Shown piece by piece: positions 12,383 through 26,397 of a stretch of 64,000 bases of DNA. The stretch comes from Botryllus schlosseri (Eukaryota). Each line of letters begins with the position of its first letter. Positions within the stretch are counted from its first letter, which is position 1. Below the pieces are notes generated by a model. The model had not been told where the DNA came from. It made no database searches and saw only the letters and a program-made list of their open reading frames with translations. The translations under genes were made by a program, and so were the position numbers. Location: positions 1,676,001 to 1,740,000 of the forward strand of contig CM119371.1 of NCBI GenBank assembly GCA_051294905.1, given 5' to 3'.

Positions 12383-13603
12383 ATCTAAAACTACGAGGTA
12401 TCCTTGTTTTATTTGTGAATGGGACAGTAGAACTCATTGAATTAAACGTAAGCGGCCGATGAGGGAGTATCTAGCACCAGGCTCTACAACGTTTCAGAGC
12501 CTGCTCTGATCGACATATGTAACGTTGTATTCCCCTAATGATAGCCTATATATCAAACCATCTCATGAAAAAGTTGTTAAATGCTCTTTTTAAAAAGAGT
12601 TCACGTTCTTAATGCATTCACGAAAAGTTTCCTCTCTCGAGTTAATACAATAGAGTGTGTAAGTGTATATTTGTTGTACCTCAGAACACTCACCAAAACC
12701 CCCTACTTCTTATTAGGAAAGGGTGTTTAGAAAAATATATATGACTATCTTTCATGCAAGTTGCATCTAAATTTCTTGGAAACACCAAGTATCGTGAATA
12801 TTTGGAGGGTATAGTTTAAGACAATAAAACCTCGAATCCAATAAAGTAAGGAAAGGGCTTTGTAGGGCGTCAGTGACTCCCCAGCCATGAACCTCAACGC
12901 ACATCACTCGTGTACCATAATGTTTTAAGGGTGTAGTACTAGGATTAGGTTAGCCTATATGGGTATAATGGGGAGTTCCACGTGAGATCCACGTCACAAT
13001 GGATCCACGCCATCACAATCAATATTACAGTGGATCACCTCGAACCTGAGAAAAGTCATGTGTGAACAAGTACGTGATCCTATGACGTCACGTGATGTCA
13101 TATTACTGATTACAACCCTACATTTCGGTATTCACGATACCCAGTGACGACTCAGGCCAGATTATGCCACAATGCTTAAGTACGTGCCGACAGCAATCCC
13201 GACAATGTATTCGGCATCTATTTCTCTCATCACGTTACAATTTTTCGAAAAAATCGAATAACATTTTTGCTCAAAAACGGCTATGATAAATGTCTTGTGT
13301 TTCTAAGAATATAATATGGCTCTCAACGAAATACCATTGAAACGCCGTAACTTGCAAAAGATCTATCTAATTCAAGTTTCGCATGCTCAAATAAGACAAG
13401 CAGCGTGATTAGTACAGGTTTTTACGGACCAAAAGTAGCGCAAAACGAATCTCATGTATATTGGGTTCGAATTAGTTCTAGCATGACGTCACGGCTTTCA
13501 ATTATGACGTATAAGATTATTGACGGGAAAATAGGGTCAATACGGCTTTGCGGAAAAAAGAGGTTCGTGACCCCTGCTTTAAACATTTGGCCACAAGATA
13601 GCG

Positions 13604-13943
13604 ATAAGATAGCGTAATGGTTAAGCGTCCGGCTTGTTGATCGGTAGGTCGTGGGTTCGATTCCCGGCCGGGTCAGACCAAAGACCTGATTAGTAACACT
13701 GGTATCCATGGCTTCCCTGCTTGGCGCTCATGCATTACTGGGATAGCATGGAGGGGTGGTCCATGACTTAGAAAGCCGTAAAGGCTATATATATCTACAC
13801 TTCCTTGTCCAACGGCATATGCACATCATGCACTCATGGTATGCATATGCGCAGATCATGTGTATGTGTATCATGAGTCGGTGAATATGCCGCAAAAATA
13901 TCAAGGACAAAAATAAACTACGTCCTTTCCTTCCTTTCCTTCC
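13604..13943 (+). mobile_element. tRNA-derived SINE (copy 2)
   Basis: A-box TAGCGTAATGG, B-box GGTTCGATTCCC, same body as 2522-2843, CTTTCC-type tail. Confidence 0.9.
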
Positions 13944-14184
13944 ATGATTGAGCAATCGCGTTACTTGAAAAACATCCAGGTACATCGTCTCAAAGTTCAT
14001 CCGGGCTACACTGATGGCTTTCATTGCGTTTAATCGAAGTATCAACATGCTGATGACCCATAACACTAACAAAGTTATCATAACTACTTTTTCACACATT
14101 TTGCTAGTCCTTGAAAAAGTGCCTCGAGGTGGACCATTCTCCCCAAGTGAGACCCCATATCGGATGAAAAATCATTCAACTTAC

Positions 14185-14328
14185 CATGACTCGATGGTGT
14201 AGCTTCTTCTTTAGAACTGGTGAAGTTGAACACATTTTTTACGTTCGTCTGATTTCCGGCCACAAGGTTAACGGGGCTCTTGATGAACCTCAGATTAACA
14301 TTTTCACCTTGAGCCAAAGTTGCAGATC
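14185..14328 (-). pseudogene. Internal coding exon (144 nt, phase 1-1) of an unidentified host gene
   Basis: TTTTAG acceptor, GTAAGT donor, open frame (G)SATLAQGENVNLRFIKSPVNLVAGNQTNVKNVFNFTSSKEEATPSSH. Confidence 0.7.
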
Positions 14329-14351
14329 CTAAAACACAAGTGAGTATTGTA

Positions 14352-14796
14352 TAGGCTTACCATATTTGGGAAATCAAAAAAGAGGAAACTTTTTCAGAAA
14401 TTTGCAACTTACAAAACCGGAGTAAAATTCCCCAAAACCGGTTAATTTTTCCCACTTTGTGATCGGTTGACTAAAAAAAAAAAAAAAAAAAAAGTCATCT
14501 TTTCCGCTCAGAGCAGATCAAAATAACGTTTTTTACTCCACATTGCCAGGTGGATGACTGAAAAAAAAAAAGTTCATCTTTTCGCTCAGAGCTAAAATCA
14601 CCGTTTTTCACTCCGAAATACCCGCCGGAGCTTCACTTCTGTGCTAATATGCGTCATATCACTCGCAATTTTCTCTAAATCTGCCTAAATTTTCAAAAAC
14701 GAGGACAAAATCTCAAAAAAGAGGACAAAAGGGCGTCCTCCGAGGACACTTTCAATAAAGTCAAAAAAGAGGACAACTCCTCTTATGGTAAGCCTA
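14352..14796. mobile_element. TAGGCTTACCATA-family MITE (copy 2), intronic
   Basis: TIRs plus perfect TSD GTATTGTA. Confidence 0.95.
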
Positions 14797-14975
14797 GTAT
14801 TGTACTGCGTGCCCGGTTACATACAGTTCTTCTCATAAAATAAATTTGGATTCTATTATGTTCTTCGATATATTTTTGTATATTCTTTACACAGCGAGCG
14901 AAATGTGCTGAATTTGAATAACTATACAACTGTTTACTAAGTGGTCTTCGCTAAAAAACAACAGACATTACTTAT

Positions 14976-15095
14976 CCCTTGCTTGCGGTGATAATGACGT
15001 AGGTATCTCTTCAGCGACACCAGAATCGTGATCTTGACCCCCTTCTGCCATGGTATTAATAGTGTGGTACTAATCAGCTAGAGTATATGACAATA
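14976..15095 (-). pseudogene. First coding exon (MAEGGQDHDSGVAEEIPTSLSPQAR) with non-canonical ATAAGT donor
   Basis: TTTCCAG acceptor at 15096, ACCATGG start at 15051, 76 coding nt (phase 1) matching the next exon; donor reads ATAAGT instead of GTAAGT. Confidence 0.65.
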
Positions 15096-16461
15096 CTGGA
15101 AATATATATATTAATTACATTTCGTAAAGAAGGTTTATGTACATCATATCGTGACTATCAGTTCCAACTGATATGATGCATTTGATAAAAATGTTATAGA
15201 TCAGCGATTCTCAGCCGCCAAAATTGAACCGGTGTCGGTCGGTTTCCAGTTTCTTGCCGGTCTGCCAAATATATTACAATATCACATATCAATTGAAAAC
15301 GCACGAGGAGGATCCCTTGTCTAGAGAAATGGAACGTCAAATTTGCAATTGATCTAGAATTTAGGAAAACGGAATCCGTGATGTTGTAATAGTGTGCATG
15401 GCAGGGGCGGCTCGTGACAATATCGGGTGGTGGGGCAAGGGGTGTATATGCGATTTTTGTTGTCTAAATGACGTCACACTGGATTATTCCGGCGTGAAAA
15501 TGTGACTTCATGGGGGTCGCACACAGTTTGTATGGGGTATAGACATTAGGCATGGTTAACTATGCTTACGTATTTCAAATTAATCGCAAGAAAATATGAA
15601 GTAAGAAGTACATTAGTTATTAGCTGCATATTTTAACGCTTGTATCAGTAGCCTAATGCGCGCGGCGTGATTTCATAGTTGCAAAATGTTCCGTGATGAG
15701 TTAATCTCGAATAACCAGAATGACACCGCTGAGAAGATATCTTTTCACATCCCGATTCTAAGAAAGGCCCCGGTGCGTGGTAATGTGCTGAAACCACGCT
15801 CGGGTTGTGCAGATAAAATCATTTTTATCGACATATGTTGAGAAAAATAGATAATAGTACCCTTTCCTCCCGCGTACGATTAGATCAATGGACAATTTCT
15901 AGGCTGATAAGGACCGAGTCTATTTGCTTCTAAAAATGAAAGTGCACGAACGGCGTACGGATCAAAGAATCGCGCAATAATCTGTTAGAATGCAATCATT
16001 TTGCAACAGTTGACTCATGACACATTACTTTACGGGTGCGACAAATGTGCATTTTGCAATTGTTGATACATATCGGTACCACATCTCCCCTATAATGTCG
16101 AATACTTGAAATTCTAAAATGCCATCGCGAGCCGCGTGTTTGAGACCTCTGGTCTAGTACACGCGGCTTAATTTACACGAGTCATGAACTAAAATTTATT
16201 ATAATCACATACAAGTACCGAGAGAAAGTTTTTAAACGAAGTTTTTCAAGAAACGTTGCCGGGTTCAAGCATGTGAATTATGTGGCATATAAGTTGGGAG
16301 AGGCGAGGTTACATTAATATATTAAATTCGGTAGAACTTTCTAATTTGAGAACGTTGTTAAATAATGACCAGGAAAGTGTCCAATGGACGATTCGCATAT
16401 GGAGAGAACTACTACGAAACCCTACCGCCCTATGTTATCTTGTGCATATGAAATTGTATTT

Positions 16462-17407
16462 GGAGAGATGTGGTACCGATGAATCAAAAATTGCAAAATG
16501 ATCTCTGGCCCTCAAATCGTCAGCCTAGAATAGCGGATCTTTTTTTGTCTCAACACCTTGATATAAGCTCTACCTATCGCGGGCATTTACATGGACATCC
16601 TCCTTTTCAAAAATATTTATAAACGTTTAAAATTTATTGCTCGAACTTATCATCGGTCCCTACCGGGTGGGCCCGATGGCACACGATCATGGTATCTATG
16701 AGAAATACGCTCAAAACTCAACTTTTTCAACTTCTTTTCATGTGTACCATAATCCAAGCTTCAGCATGCCAATGAAGAATGTTTCGTCATCACCTTCAAG
16801 AATAAAATAGATTATATCAACTCAAATATTGGGATAAAATCACGTTTTGATTTCTGCGGAAACTTTCAAAATTAATGCCACATACATATTACCGGAAAAT
16901 CGACATTTTGACTTTCAAATACCTCGTAATAGCGGTGAAACGCAACAGGTAACTATGATTTACAGCCTCTATATATGTAGGCGTATTTCTGTTGTTACGT
17001 GATTAGTTGGTCCTACTATTTTGCTTAATTTGGCTATGGTACCATAGGTCCCCAACCCTATAAATATTGTAATTGAATTGAAAATGGTCCACTCGAGGAT
17101 GGTATCGATTCAAAAGGTATGTGTCATTATATACCCTATACTTCACATAAAAAGTTATTACGGGTTTGTTAGTATGGAAGCTGGTATAGAAAAATGTATA
17201 TGTCCATCCGAAATTACTTTACACCCCCTAAACGCAAATTATTTGCCACAGACCCCGTAACTCACTCAGGTCGAATTTTTTTTTGCATGTGAGGAAAGAT
17301 TCTGCCAGCAGGCCATTGTCAACAAGGGTCGCGTACTGTAATCATGGGATTGTCATGGATAATTTTTCAAGTATTTTCCCAGTGCCTCATCGGTACCACA
17401 TCTCCCC
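16462..17407. mobile_element. Non-autonomous TIR element (GG(G/A)GAGATGTGGTACCGATG termini)
   Basis: About 20-bp inverted termini at 16462 and 17407; an extra solo end at 16072-16090; both CCCC ends are followed by TA. Confidence 0.75.
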
Positions 17408-17597
17408 TACATGATATACCCTTATATATAACTTTAGTTTGTTAACGAACCTTCCTATGCCCTATTCGTTATCTCCATAAGAGAATCACAAGTATTCCAA
17501 CCTAGCCAAAACTCCCATCCTCGGCAAGTGCCGTGCCCGGCAAGTGCCCGTCAGACTATATAAAATTTTAAGACTATATCGTATCTATTGTGTACTA

Positions 17598-18497
17598 CAG
17601 GGGCGGGCAACTTCTCCTGTCGCCGGGCCGGATATAGGAAAATTAGGTACTTGGCGGGCCGGATTGCTCAATCGATACATTATTCTCCCATTTATCCACA
17701 TATACAAGGTGTAAATCATATTTAATAAATATATGTTAACGACAGCAATGTCACTTCAAAGCCATTTCTCGCCGATAATGACGAAGATAATTTGGATTTG
17801 AGAACAGCATTGTCATACAGGCGCCGCCATGTCTGCTTCTCTCTGATCAATCAACACACGGTGCAATCACTAATTAGGATTTCAAGGCGTTCGATAATCC
17901 CGGTACCCCAAATTTACTAAGATATCAATTCATTAGGGCTGAGTAGGTGACGAGATAGGGTCGTTGTTCAACTGTGTGGCCTATTTCATCTCGATATTGA
18001 ATTCACGCGGACCGAGACTTCTACGACATTTGAAAAGTGCATCGCGACCCATTTTGAGTTGGCAACCCCTGGCATAAGCGGTGTCTTACAAAAGCCTAGA
18101 AGTGTGCGGTGCCACATGTCGGCGACTACGGAATCAAAAATAAGAATTATCGGCCAGGTGTAAATTACCATTGTAGTCGACAAACAACATGATTACCACA
18201 AACGATATTAGGGTTGAGTACATCGTAAATTCCTATAATGCATGTCTTCCCGCTTCGACGAACTTAAGCGTAAGCTCCTCTATCGCACGCGCTGCGCAGT
18301 GCACACTGCACAATGCACTGCACATGCATGTATATAATAACAGTCACTAAGATTTGACGTAGTAAGCAAGTAGCGGGGAATCTCGGCAGACTAGCCGCGG
18401 GTCACATTATCATATAAGACGGAAAACAGTCCGCGGGCCGGACAAAATCCCTTCGCGGGCCGGATCCGGCCCGCGGGCCGTATGTTGCCCACCCCTG
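17598..18497. mobile_element. GCGGGCC-family MITE (copy 2) with a secondary insertion at about 17946-18208
   Basis: CAGGGGCGGGCAAC...GTTGCCCACCCCTG; perfect TSD GTGTACTA; insert flanked by ATTAGGG(C/T)TGAGTA duplication. Confidence 0.92.
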
Positions 18498-20849
18498 GTG
18501 TACTACATTGCACGAAACTTAAAGATTGCGTTACATCGTTGGACTCAACTTCATGTGCGACTATCGATTTAACATGTCCTTATTTCAGTATGTAGCATGA
18601 ATGAGCTTGCAATTGCTACAGTAGTGACAGTAGCAGTACTGTACAGTACAGTAGTGACTGGTCGTTTTGCGAACTGGGCAATTTCATTGTATTAGTTTGC
18701 ATTTGCTGCAAACATACGATGCGTCCTGGTAGCTCAACATTCTTCCAAAAATGGATCTTGCTGAACTGCAACACTGAGGATAATTCTTAATTGATACATA
18801 GATGGTACAGCGGGACGTGGTAAGCCATTCGCATTGCAGGCATTTGATAATGGGTATTATAGACACAATGCACGGGGATCGGTTAAGTGGTCTGACTAGC
18901 AATGAATATGTATAATATACATTGTATATAGCATGGGTCGCCAACTCAAACGGATCGCGGGCCACTTTTCAAAATTAGTAGCGGGCGCTGGTCGCATGAA
19001 TTCAATATCGATATAAACTATAGGCAATTACGTTTTCAAATGTATTGACATATTTTATGCGTCACTTAATTAATCCAGGTTTTCCAACCTCAGAAAAATG
19101 GTCATGAAACTACTTGTTCTGATCCGGTTTATATTCATTTACGAGCGGACATTATTGACAATGAACATTTCTAAGACAAGGCTGCGTTCCAATATAAATG
19201 ATGTTCCCGTGCAGTCTTTGCTGAGAGATTAAAGAACTTGTTTACAACTTTGATCGACGACATATGTCTGATTGACCTCAGCAGTTATTTTAGTAGGCTA
19301 CACTACATTGATAAATTCATTAAATACTGTTTTTGTTCTTTATGCTTTAAACGCTTCATTGAATATGATTTATTTCCTGCATAAGTGAATTATTACGCTA
19401 TTATGTATCGATTCTATTACCGTGACTATCATTTCATTGAAAACCCGCCTTTACTACTTTAGCTGCCGTGTTTGCTGATAGGTGATGTCAGTCTCTCACC
19501 CTGTGAATGCTTAACTTTGACATACACTTTTTCAAATGTGCCAAAATTTTAGAATGTTAAACCCAGTGGCGCAGCAGTCACTTGGCGGTATATAATTGGT
19601 AGTAGGCCTACTATAGCTCGTGACCCGAGGGCTTAAATTCTCTAACGCACTGATTCCGAAAACACGAATTAAAATGTGAGCATGACGATGGAACCACTCC
19701 GAAACAGCCGTCAAGACCGATTGTTCCGGCGGAATAGTGATGTTGGGCACAGGCGAATAGCATATTTTGAAACAACAACAATAATAATATGAAACTGAAA
19801 TCAATTTTAGCAGTTTAGTATGCTTTACTTCACGTTCTTCCAAATTCACAGATCAAATCGCCGGCCGCATGTGGCCCGCGTCTAGGCGGCCCCTGGTGAG
19901 TGCAAAGCGCGCCAAGCTTGATGTACAGTGCTCTACCTATTCTCGTGGTTATTGGAACGCACTGTGATTTAATATGAACTGAACTTAAGTTTTGCCGTAT
20001 TTTTTTCTCATTCACAATTTCATGCAATTTCCGAGTGTTTTGCGAATTCAGTAATTCTAATTCTAATCTAATTTGGAAAAAAATTGTGTTGCTTGAATTC
20101 TAATTCCAATCTAATTTTGAAAAAAACGCGGCGTCCTCCAAAACTAGTAAATTGATCTAAGTCTGCTCCGCACAAAAAAGCAGGATTGATGACCTTATTT
20201 TTTAGTCGTTTCTCACTATTGTCCAAGCGACCGCGCAGTGAGTTTGTGAGTGCGCACAGACACGTGAAAATAAGTAGGAACAGAGGCTGGAACCCTCGAA
20301 ATAATCGGTTCGGAAGCTATAGTGCATATAGTTATGGATGATTGGTACAGAATGAATGGTCTGATGATGATGGTGACCGCCTACTGTACAAATGCTGCAA
20401 GATGATGCAGTGCTGGTTGAAGATATTTTGGCCCGTATATGACAGGGGTTGGAAGGCTATTTCGTCAAGTAAGCTATGTTTAGGCCTCATCGATATTTTC
20501 ATCTCTGAATATCAATCGACTATGGTGTCAAGGTGCGTGACGCCGTAGCTTAAAAACAATGAAAAACACGTTTTAAACAAGGCCTTGTTTTAAAAATGTT
20601 TGTTTTAAATTGATTTCTGTTTAAACACTACGTAATTATATTACTCGTACGCTATCTCGCCACCGGTGGAACCAATACTGAAACTCACCCCATGACTCTA
20701 TTGGACCATGAAATGGTTCGAACACGGCCACTAATAACCTTTTACACCGGAGGTGGTCAAAGTAGTCTGTCGACTGCCGTTCCTCTGCTCAGACGCAATG
20801 ACAAAATCTCAAACTTTCCCTGTTTCATTATAGATAACTAGCATCGGTA

Positions 20850-21835
20850 CGTTAGTCATCTGTAGTTTACTTCACCAGAAGACATTTTACACCGAGACAA
20901 CAACCCTGAATAGTGTTTTGGACACAATGGTGAAAGCTGATTTTGTATCACAAACTGAATCACTGACAGTTAGCCTACCTCAGATATTACTAGAAGCAGA
21001 GCATCAATATGGCGATGTCTTGCATATCTGCCATGTTCGCGCATTAGGTCGAGAAGCTATATGCTCGCACGAGTGTATGAACTGAGAAATGAAATAGCAA
21101 CTTTCCTTGAAAATACATACATCGCTGACTCATAATCTTGTCATCGAAAATGGGTATCTGATATAGCTTTCGTAGTACATTTAACGTCACAACTAAACAA
21201 ATTGAATTTGCAACATCAGGAGGAAACAACTAAATACATGAGATGTTGAGACGCATTTGAAACAAAACTGCGACTCTTGGAATGTCAACAGTACAAAGAA
21301 AATTATGCTTACCTTCCTCTGAAGGAGATTAAAACCAGCACTATACTATACATTTGAAAAGAGATGCAGTGGAATTGAATGACAAATTTCATACAAAGAG
21401 CATATCGCTGAATGACTTTGACAAAGAGTACGTTCTTGAAATGGGTCTTCATCCCAGCTTGACCAACAATGGAAAAGAAATGGCATCGATTTTTGTTTTC
21501 AACAATGAAATTCACGACGAGCAAGCTAAGATCACGTATTCCAGCGCCCATTTAGAATATGGTCTGATTCTTGCTTCATTTGACTCGTTACCCGAAGTTG
21601 AAAACCTTTCACAAAGCAAGCTGCGCCAAGTGTCACATTTATCCTGCGTTGTTGAAGTGTAAATACATGTACTTTGCTCTTTTTGTGATTTGTATGATTG
21701 AGATGACAGCATTGTAGGGTAATATACCGACGTGATCGATAAATATAGTATTAAGAAAAATTCCGACCCGCCAAAATGTAGTGCACTCGAAATTTGACCC
21801 GTGAGGCCGTGACTAGCAAAAGGTTGCCGACCCTG
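20850..21835 (+). pseudogene. Decayed Charlie/Buster-type hAT transposase (GTF2IRD2-like) with right TIR
   Basis: LLEAEHQYGDVL..CHVR.../MLARVYELRNEIATFLE...KWVSDIAFVVHLTSQLNKLNLQ/FETKLRL.../SSAHLEYGL...PEVENLSQSKLRQVSH; terminus AAAGGTTGCCGACCCTG. Confidence 0.88.
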
Positions 21836-21931
21836 CCTTAGGGGAACCCCGAATATTCAACGAGTCACGAAATATAAGCATACCACATCTGTGCGTGTTG
21901 TAATATAGGACTTCCGGTAAATCTATGCAGA

Positions 21932-22188
21932 CAGACTTGTACAAACTACCCATTTAGTCAGGTGATGGTGAACTAACTAACGGTTTCTGAGTAGATCTAG
22001 TTTTAGTTCTAGTTGTGGATTCTGAAAATTGACTAGTTCTAGTCGCAGATAATGAAATTCGGATAGTTCTTGTTCTAGTAGCGGATTTTTAAAATCAGCC
22101 AGTTCTAGTTATAGTTGCCAGTTTTAAAAATTAGGTAGTTCTAGTTCTGGTTGCGCTTTTTGAACATTCAGTAGTCTGTACAACTCCG
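21932..22188. mobile_element. MITE with AGTTCTAGTT repeats (CAGACTTGTACAA family)
   Basis: CAGACTTGTACAAACTAC...GTAGTCTGTACAACTCCG; the same left end recurs at about 28435, 43508, 48339 and 51621. Confidence 0.8.
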
Positions 22189-23754
22189 AGAACTGACGGT
22201 AAATCGCGCGAAACACGAAAAAAATTGTTCAGTTGACCGCATCTTCGCAACCCCTTCAGATGTTTTCATGCCGCCAGAGACTGGCGCGTCGCCTAGTTCA
22301 AGTACGACTGTCCTAGTCCAAAGGTTTTCAATCGCGGCCCACTCATCTTGCTAAAGTAGAAAATTATTCAAGCCTATTCATGACCAACTACTTATTTTTG
22401 AAACGTAATGCGCATCCCATCTCTGTTCCTTTCTTGTTATGAAAGAGATATGTGTACCGAAGCTGCTGCGATTTCATTTGAAGCTTTTCCAATTCCAGTT
22501 ATCTTCCCTGCTACGAGGTAAAAATACACCGTGTCAACCTGGAAACTGTGTTTATTTATACATAGGGAGATAGGAGGCAGTGTTGATATATAAGACAATT
22601 AGACTACGGATAGATCGTCCTCACGTAATAGCATAGTAGGTTAGGAAAGCCGACAGATGTGGCTAATAGCAATATATGATAGCTTCGTAAACGTATATGA
22701 CAGATTTGTTATGGCTCGATTCCTGAATGTACTAGAGTCGAGAAATTTTAGTGACTAGACTTGACTCTGGTCAATTTCTGAAATCTGGAATGTGACACGA
22801 CTCGGTTTGGGGCAATTTGTGTATTGACTCGACTTGTACTCGAGTCATCGCGTCTGACTTGATCAAGTCATAGAAGTCGCGACTAGGACGGCCAGACAGG
22901 AATTTCTTTGTAACTTCGAAGATTAGTACGCAACCACATATTGCTATGCCCTAAATATCAATCAAATGAAGTTGTAAAAACGTGAATTGAACAGGATCAA
23001 GCTGGAAAATAAGCTGTGAACGCCACGACTCGGTGTCAGACTCCAGCCTCAACAAGGTGAATCGGACTTGAGCCTTCGAACTCTGGCTATGACTCTGACA
23101 TGACTCAGTGGTGAATTGAAAATGAAATGAATCGACTCGACTCAAATCCATTAATATAGGATTGACTTGCGACTACGGACTTTGTTACAATCACATAGTT
23201 TACGGCCCAAGTGCCAAATTTATTGGAAGCGGCCTTATTCGAATGCTATACTGCCGCAGCTCTGATTTCGAAACTAAAAATTATAATCTGGTCAGGGTAC
23301 TGTAATATGCTCAAAACTACCCTAACATTGGTAGAAATCGACATGGTATGGCAGCAACAAAATGATTATAAAATGACCTAATGTGTCGTTACAAAGCCCG
23401 AATTTAAGAGTTGTAATCAAGTCACAAGGTTCCGAGTCCCATGTCAATCTTACTTTTATAATTTTGACTCGAGTGAGTCATTTTCAATTCATCATCGCGT
23501 CAGCCAGTCATGTTCAAACCAATTTTCTACAACTATACTTTGGTGATATCGAAGGCTTCACATTCCTGATATGCTGATTTTGATCATTCCTAACAAGTTT
23601 AGGCCATAATTTTATATACCAGTACCAATAATATGGAACTTTACTATTTTCAAGTTGCAATGAAACGCCGTTTCGGTCATGTGACTTGTTCGAGTCAAAT
23701 GAAATGACTCGAGTCATTTTCAGCATGTAAGAAATTGGCTCGGGTCAAGTGGAG

Positions 23755-26200
23755 CATAGACGCCGACTTACGAGGTTACGAGGTGGCGGCCACCTCGTAC
23801 AAAATGCTCAAACGCCCAAGTGATTTGTGACCAGTAATTAGTAATCAGGCGAATCGATGCGACCTCGTTAGAGACGTCTTCGATTTCGATACGCGCTTGT
23901 GCCAGGCGCGTAGCCACGGGTTTTCGGGGGTCGGACTTCCCTACTTGAAACGCGAAACCCCGTCATTTTGAAATGATCATTCTAACTCTTGCAATTGCAA
24001 CATTTGCAATTCAATAATTGTGTAAACAGCGTTCCGCGCGGCGGGTTTGCGAGAAACGTGTTGTCAATTAGCGCGAAGAATCTGTGATTATCTCGCGCTG
24101 AAATGGTCGCGAAATTAGGTCATTCGTGAGCGGCAATCGTCGCTAGCCTGATTTACCTCGTGTCGATCAAGCCTGGTTCCGCAATCGCATCTGCAATGGA
24201 CCCAGTTCACACTATATCATCGCTTAACTGCACTATCGAATCTGCATTGGCGGCTTCGGCCTGGTGTGCACGATATCATTGCTGACGTACACAATAGCAT
24301 CTGCAATAGGCCTGGAGTGAAATATATCATTGCTGGCCTATGGCCTAACTATCGCATCTCGGGCCTAGCTTGCTTTGGTTCCTGTCTCTCGCTGGTTTCG
24401 AGACAATGCGGTCGAATTTACGCTAATTAGTTATTGTTTTATGTCATATTGATTGAAAAGCGACACCGCGAAACTGAATAACATCAAATCGCTGCAAACA
24501 GACTTTAACGTGCGAAATTGACTCCCCCTAATACTTGAACGTAACAACCAGAAGATGTGTATCATGTCTTGAGTTCTGAAATACGACAAAGGTTTGTAAT
24601 CGGGGCAATCAAGTTCGGACATTTTGATTTGCGAAAACTGTCGCCGTGACTGCGTAATACTCGCGCGTATTTAATTGTTCACCAGAGATCAGTGACTCGC
24701 TAATTGACAGCAATTCCGGACTCTGGCAAGCTTATCATACGCCTAAAATCGTCGACACGAAGAGATTATATAATCGCGATTTACGCATGTACTTGACTAC
24801 TAATTGATTTGACGCTATATCAGGAAATTTGAAAAAAATTCAAATCCCCCTAATTTTTCGACTGGCTACGCGCCTAGCGTGTGCTAAGAAGCACCATCCT
24901 AGATCTTCTCTGCCGACCAAACGCCCAAATATACATTATGCTTTTCTAAAATCTAAATTATGTGCACCCATATTCGTTTACAAAACCATTCATGAGCTAG
25001 CTAGCTTCGTGATAGGGAATTGCAGCGCGGAATTGAAGGGTGTGTCGGTGTGTGCCTGCAAATTGGAATTAATTTCTTCGCAGATTCGTTTTGTCCGTGA
25101 CATTAAACGGGAGATGCAGCAATACAGCATAAACACCGATATAATGAGAAAACAATTGTCGCGAGGAAAGCCACTCAATACAGTGTCACACTCACAACCG
25201 ATTCGTGGCGATACTGATTAGATTACACGCTTTCTTATTTGCCATCATCCATATTTCTTGTTATCTACTTGATACATTTGTACTCCGAAATTGTCGCACA
25301 AAGTCATTTTTCAGTCTTCCTTTCATTATTAACGTGATGCATCACGGGTGGCACAAATTCTGTTTTATTCGATTCGTTTGAACAGGGAACCTTCTACATT
25401 CCGATAAACTTGATGATTGCTGGATGTTACTCCTATCGAGAATAACATTATCGAATATTAAACTATTAGGCATTAGATCGACAGTGGATTTCTATTGGTA
25501 AGATCGCGGCATGCCTCTGAAAGTGGAATTAATTCTAGCCCAAGGGTGGTCAACCCGCGGCCATAGAACGAAATTTGTGCGGCCGTCAACACGTAATTCA
25601 ATTAGTATGTGTTGGCGGCCGTCGACACGCCAATTGAATTTACGAATTGACCGATGTACTCCCGAAATGCTTCGCGAACTTGAATCGAGAGATGCACCGA
25701 TGTTTTAATCATCAGACAATTGCCGCGATGCGAGTTGGTCAACGCGAAGCAAGAAACCATAAGAGACAATTATTGATTGGCTGCGCAATTTCGCGTTTGT
25801 AATCATCATCATTATCTGCTTGAAGTATTCGAGAGTTGTCGTGTGTTACTTGCAAGGCCAGTGCGTAGTGTATTTCGTTAGTCACACCTGGCATTACACC
25901 TTGCGCGTGAATAACATCGATGCAACTGCAGATTCCGCCGGACGGACTGGTAGCGCAGGCACTTCAACACTTCAAATGATCGTGCCGTTTTAAGATTCCA
26001 TTTAATATCTCGACTGCATGGTTTGATATTAATGAGTGCAAGGCCAGTATTAAAATGTAACGCGAATGGTTTAACGCTGCACGCACACCGGCGGCATGTA
26101 GTAAAGTACGTTTTCGTGTATGATGACGTCATCGATATGGAACAATTATGACGTCACAAGACTTCGCCACCTCGTAAATTAATAAAAGTCGGCGCCCTTG
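23755..26200. mobile_element. hAT-type element (ACGAGGT repeats) inserted in a degraded GACTCGAGTC MITE
   Basis: CATAGACGCCGACTT...AAGTCGGCGCCCTTG; perfect TSD AAGTGGAG. Confidence 0.88.
23903..24876. mobile_element. Nested hAT-type MITE
   Basis: CAGGCGCGTAGCCA...TGGCTACGCGCCTA; TSD GCTTGTGC/GCGTGTGC. Confidence 0.85.
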
Positions 26201-26397
26201 AAGTGGAGTCAACCACAAATCGCGACTCTAGTTATTTCTAGCTTCGTATGGTGTACAATCGTGCAGCCACGCACCGTGCATGTATCAGTACACGCACAGT
26301 GCATGTATCAGTAGGTTAGTTGTGTATAGCGTCGGTAGAAAAGGACAACTTCCAAACCAGTAGCACTTGGAACCATTTTCCGCGGGTACGTTTTCAA

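Noticed and set aside
14970..14975. U12-type AT-AC intron
   Set aside because: The donor lacks the ATATCCT consensus and the acceptor is AG; a mutated GTAAGT is simpler
24182..24360. CRISPR-like repeat-spacer pattern
   Set aside because: Repeats are degenerate, the 'spacers' resemble each other, there are no cas genes, and the context is eukaryotic
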